Assembly: GCA_036172245.1 (NCBI GenBank)
Contig: JAYWIR010000044.1
Location: 1,426,001-1,490,000, forward strand
Reading direction: 5' to 3'
DNA length: 64,000 nt
From: Raillietiella orientalis
Lineage: Eukaryota
Under the pieces are notes generated by a model that saw only the letters and a program-made list of their open reading frames with translations, was not told the origin of the DNA and made no database searches. Of the stretch, positions 61,786 through 64,000 are shown one piece after another (positions within the stretch are counted from its first letter, which is position 1; each line of letters opens with the position of its first letter). The translations under genes and the position numbers were made by a program.

Positions 61786-64000
61786 TCATAAACACAACTC
61801 TGCAAAAATATTACGACAGGCCCGTGCAAAACGATTGGGGGACATGTTGATCTTGGACAATTTTGCACGATACGCTGCTGCCTGGAATTCTTCATCAAAG
61901 GAATCTGTAAAGAACACATTTTGGCATGTATGAAAACAGTATTTAAACAATGTTTCTTGCCTATATTAATTTCATCTCTGCCTAGGGCAACAACAGAAAG
62001 AAAAAGAATATCACGATAAATGGATTCACGGGGATATCGTTCATCGCCAATACTGTCCGCAGTCTTCTTCATGTTGGTAGCTAAGCGAATTGCTTCATCA
62101 AAATCTCTCCACTGAATGCATTCAATGATACTGACTAGATGACTACGGAAAAAAACATGCATGCAGAAGGCAAAACAAGAGCTCACATGCGACAGTCCAG
62201 CTGCTGATCAGCAAGCAAGGCATCAACTAAAGGAGAAGTTGGATAACGCGTTTGCCAAAGAACATGCAATGGCTCCTTTTCATTATGCAACAATCGATTG
62301 TCCCAACAAGTACGTACTACTGCAGAACCAATATCTAGATTTTGCTGTTTATGCACCAAAGATGGAAGATGTGACCAGACACCGATTCGCGAAAAAATCC
62401 AAACCAGATTCCAATAAAGAATAGGATGGCACTCCACAAACATGACATCTAGTAAGACTGAGTGTCCTTCTGACTGGAGCACATTCTCCAATTCTCGGCG
62501 CAATACTAATGGACTTAAATATGGAACACAACAGGGTTGCACATCAGTGAAAGTTTTCTGCTTTGACTGATTGGCTCCACCGCTATGTACCCAAGCAGTC
62601 AGGTGCGGTACGGTGGAAACACCACAGACACGACAACGGGTATTCAAATTGGAATCATCAGCAGACCATGCTGCCATTACTTCTTCATCATACAATATCA
62701 CGCTACAATGACTGCAACAACAAGTGGATGTCATTTCCAGTTCTAGAATGGGTTTTGAATCAGGTGTCGATAGTCCATATTTGTCCAAAGGCAGGGGTAG
62801 GATAAACTGTGAGCTGTGGCCTATGTGTCATAATTACATGGATGTACTGAGGTACACTAACTTACACAACATATCTTCAAGACCATCATTCAGGATGGAG
62901 TAATCTTCTTCACATGACAACTTGTCAGATGAACCCATTAAAGACCAAGATTCATTCAAAGAACGGTTAGGAGTGCTGATGCTTCCCTTGAGCTCATCAA
63001 GTCGCTTATACATACTGCTGGCTGCCTGCCGAACTCTCTCTTGAAGAGCCTCTTTGCGTGGTGTCAGATTGTAAGGGCTAATAGAGGAGAAATTCCATGA
63101 ATTAGGACAAAAAAGGGAGCATATTCACCTGAGAGCTAAATTACGGAAACTTTCCGACAGTGACTCCAGTCCAGCTTTGACTGAGCAGCATAAAGCACTC
63201 CCAAGATCAGGAGCGGAACCTTTGCGAGCTGAAGTGGATTTGGAAGGCAGTTTTTCATTTTCTTCAAAATCACAAAACAGTTTAGGCTCCAAAGAAGCAT
63301 CACATTCAGAAATATGCTTAGAGCTAATTGGATTGTCATGTTTCACGCTACTTTGTGATCTGGAGAAAGCACCCAGTGGATCATCAGCCACAACCAAGGT
63401 AAAGGATGGAGTTGAGGGAGGGTTAGATTTATGGTGGCTACGAAAAGTTAGTGAGCTGCGCAGCTTGTGAAACCTCTGGAATCGAGAAGGAGACTTAGGT
63501 AATGGAGAATCTGCTTGATCGTCTTTTTCTTTACATCCATTGCTGCCAGCTTGTAACATGGTGGATTCTTCAGGCAGGGTAGAACTATTTGGCATCTCAT
63601 GCCTCAAGCGAATCAAATTGCTTGGCAATTCCACAATGAGCACTCTACACATGCTGGAGCTCACCTATGACGTTCTCGTTGAACATAATTATTGAAACTC
63701 ATGCTACGACTCTGAGGAAAGTGACGTCCAGCATCAACTTTGCCATGGCTGGTGATAAGGACACTGCCTGGAGCTATCTGGCTTCCAGAAATTCCTAAAT
63801 TCCCAAATTCTTACCAGCTACTTGCAAACTGCAAATATTAGTCACACTGCACACTTTGGCTAAGTTTCCAGTACGCAGTTTGGAAGCATCAGATTCACTT
63901 TTTTCAGAATCTAACTTTAAGGTTTGATGTTTGGCTGCAAAGCAATGTTACCCACTGTACATAAGGGGACAACCTACTTATCTCTGGGGACAATTGCATT
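61786..64000 (-). CDS. DENND4: 3' part of a DENND4/Crag-family (c-myc promoter-binding protein-like) DENN-domain Rab GEF gene; 5' end outside window. Well-supported exons: ~63602-63129, 63077-62866, 62820-62187, 62142-61961, 61904-61786
   Basis: Spliced translation has the DENND4 C-terminal hallmarks CSHCSVILYDEEVMAAWSADDSNLNTRCRVC, VPYLSPLVLRRELENVL, HPILYWNLVWIF and [28 protein letters not shown]...ACRNIF. Introns 63078-63128 (51 nt), 62821-62865 (45), 62143-62186 (44) and 61905-61960 (56, GC-AG) all preserve frame. Splice sites above ~63.6 kb are ambiguous. The DENN domain itself is not in the window. Confidence 0.9.

Noticed and set aside
1..64000. CRISPR array or prokaryotic operon/defence system
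   Set aside because: No regularly spaced direct repeats or operon-like ORF packing; the DNA is eukaryotic with spliceosomal introns.

Overview
Eukaryotic (metazoan-type) genomic DNA, not prokaryotic: no rRNA, tRNA or CRISPR array can be supported. The first ~38.6 kb is one giant, near-perfect inverted duplication. Positions 1-16971 are the reverse complement of 21658-38628 (paired coordinates sum to 38629), around a unique 4686-bp spacer. The left arm runs off the window edge, so the true arm is at least 16,971 bp. I found 15 substitutions and no indels between the arms, and 7 of the 15 lie in the outermost 1.1 kb. Each arm carries the same decayed, 5'-truncated L1/Tx1-like non-LTR retrotransposon, an 18-bp-stem hairpin and a very GC-rich inner end with nested inverted repeats. 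After an abrupt switch to AT-rich DNA near 39.95 kb come a ~460-bp TA-flanked foldback/MITE-like element and an intact three-exon RPL36 gene. A ~19-kb stretch with no recognisable gene and a GC/CpG-rich core follows. The window ends in the 3' part of a minus-strand DENND4/Crag-family gene with tiny (44-56 nt) introns, one of them GC-AG. Most ORFs in the supplied track are GC-driven shadows. Whether the palindrome is real or a fold-back assembly artefact cannot be decided from sequence alone.
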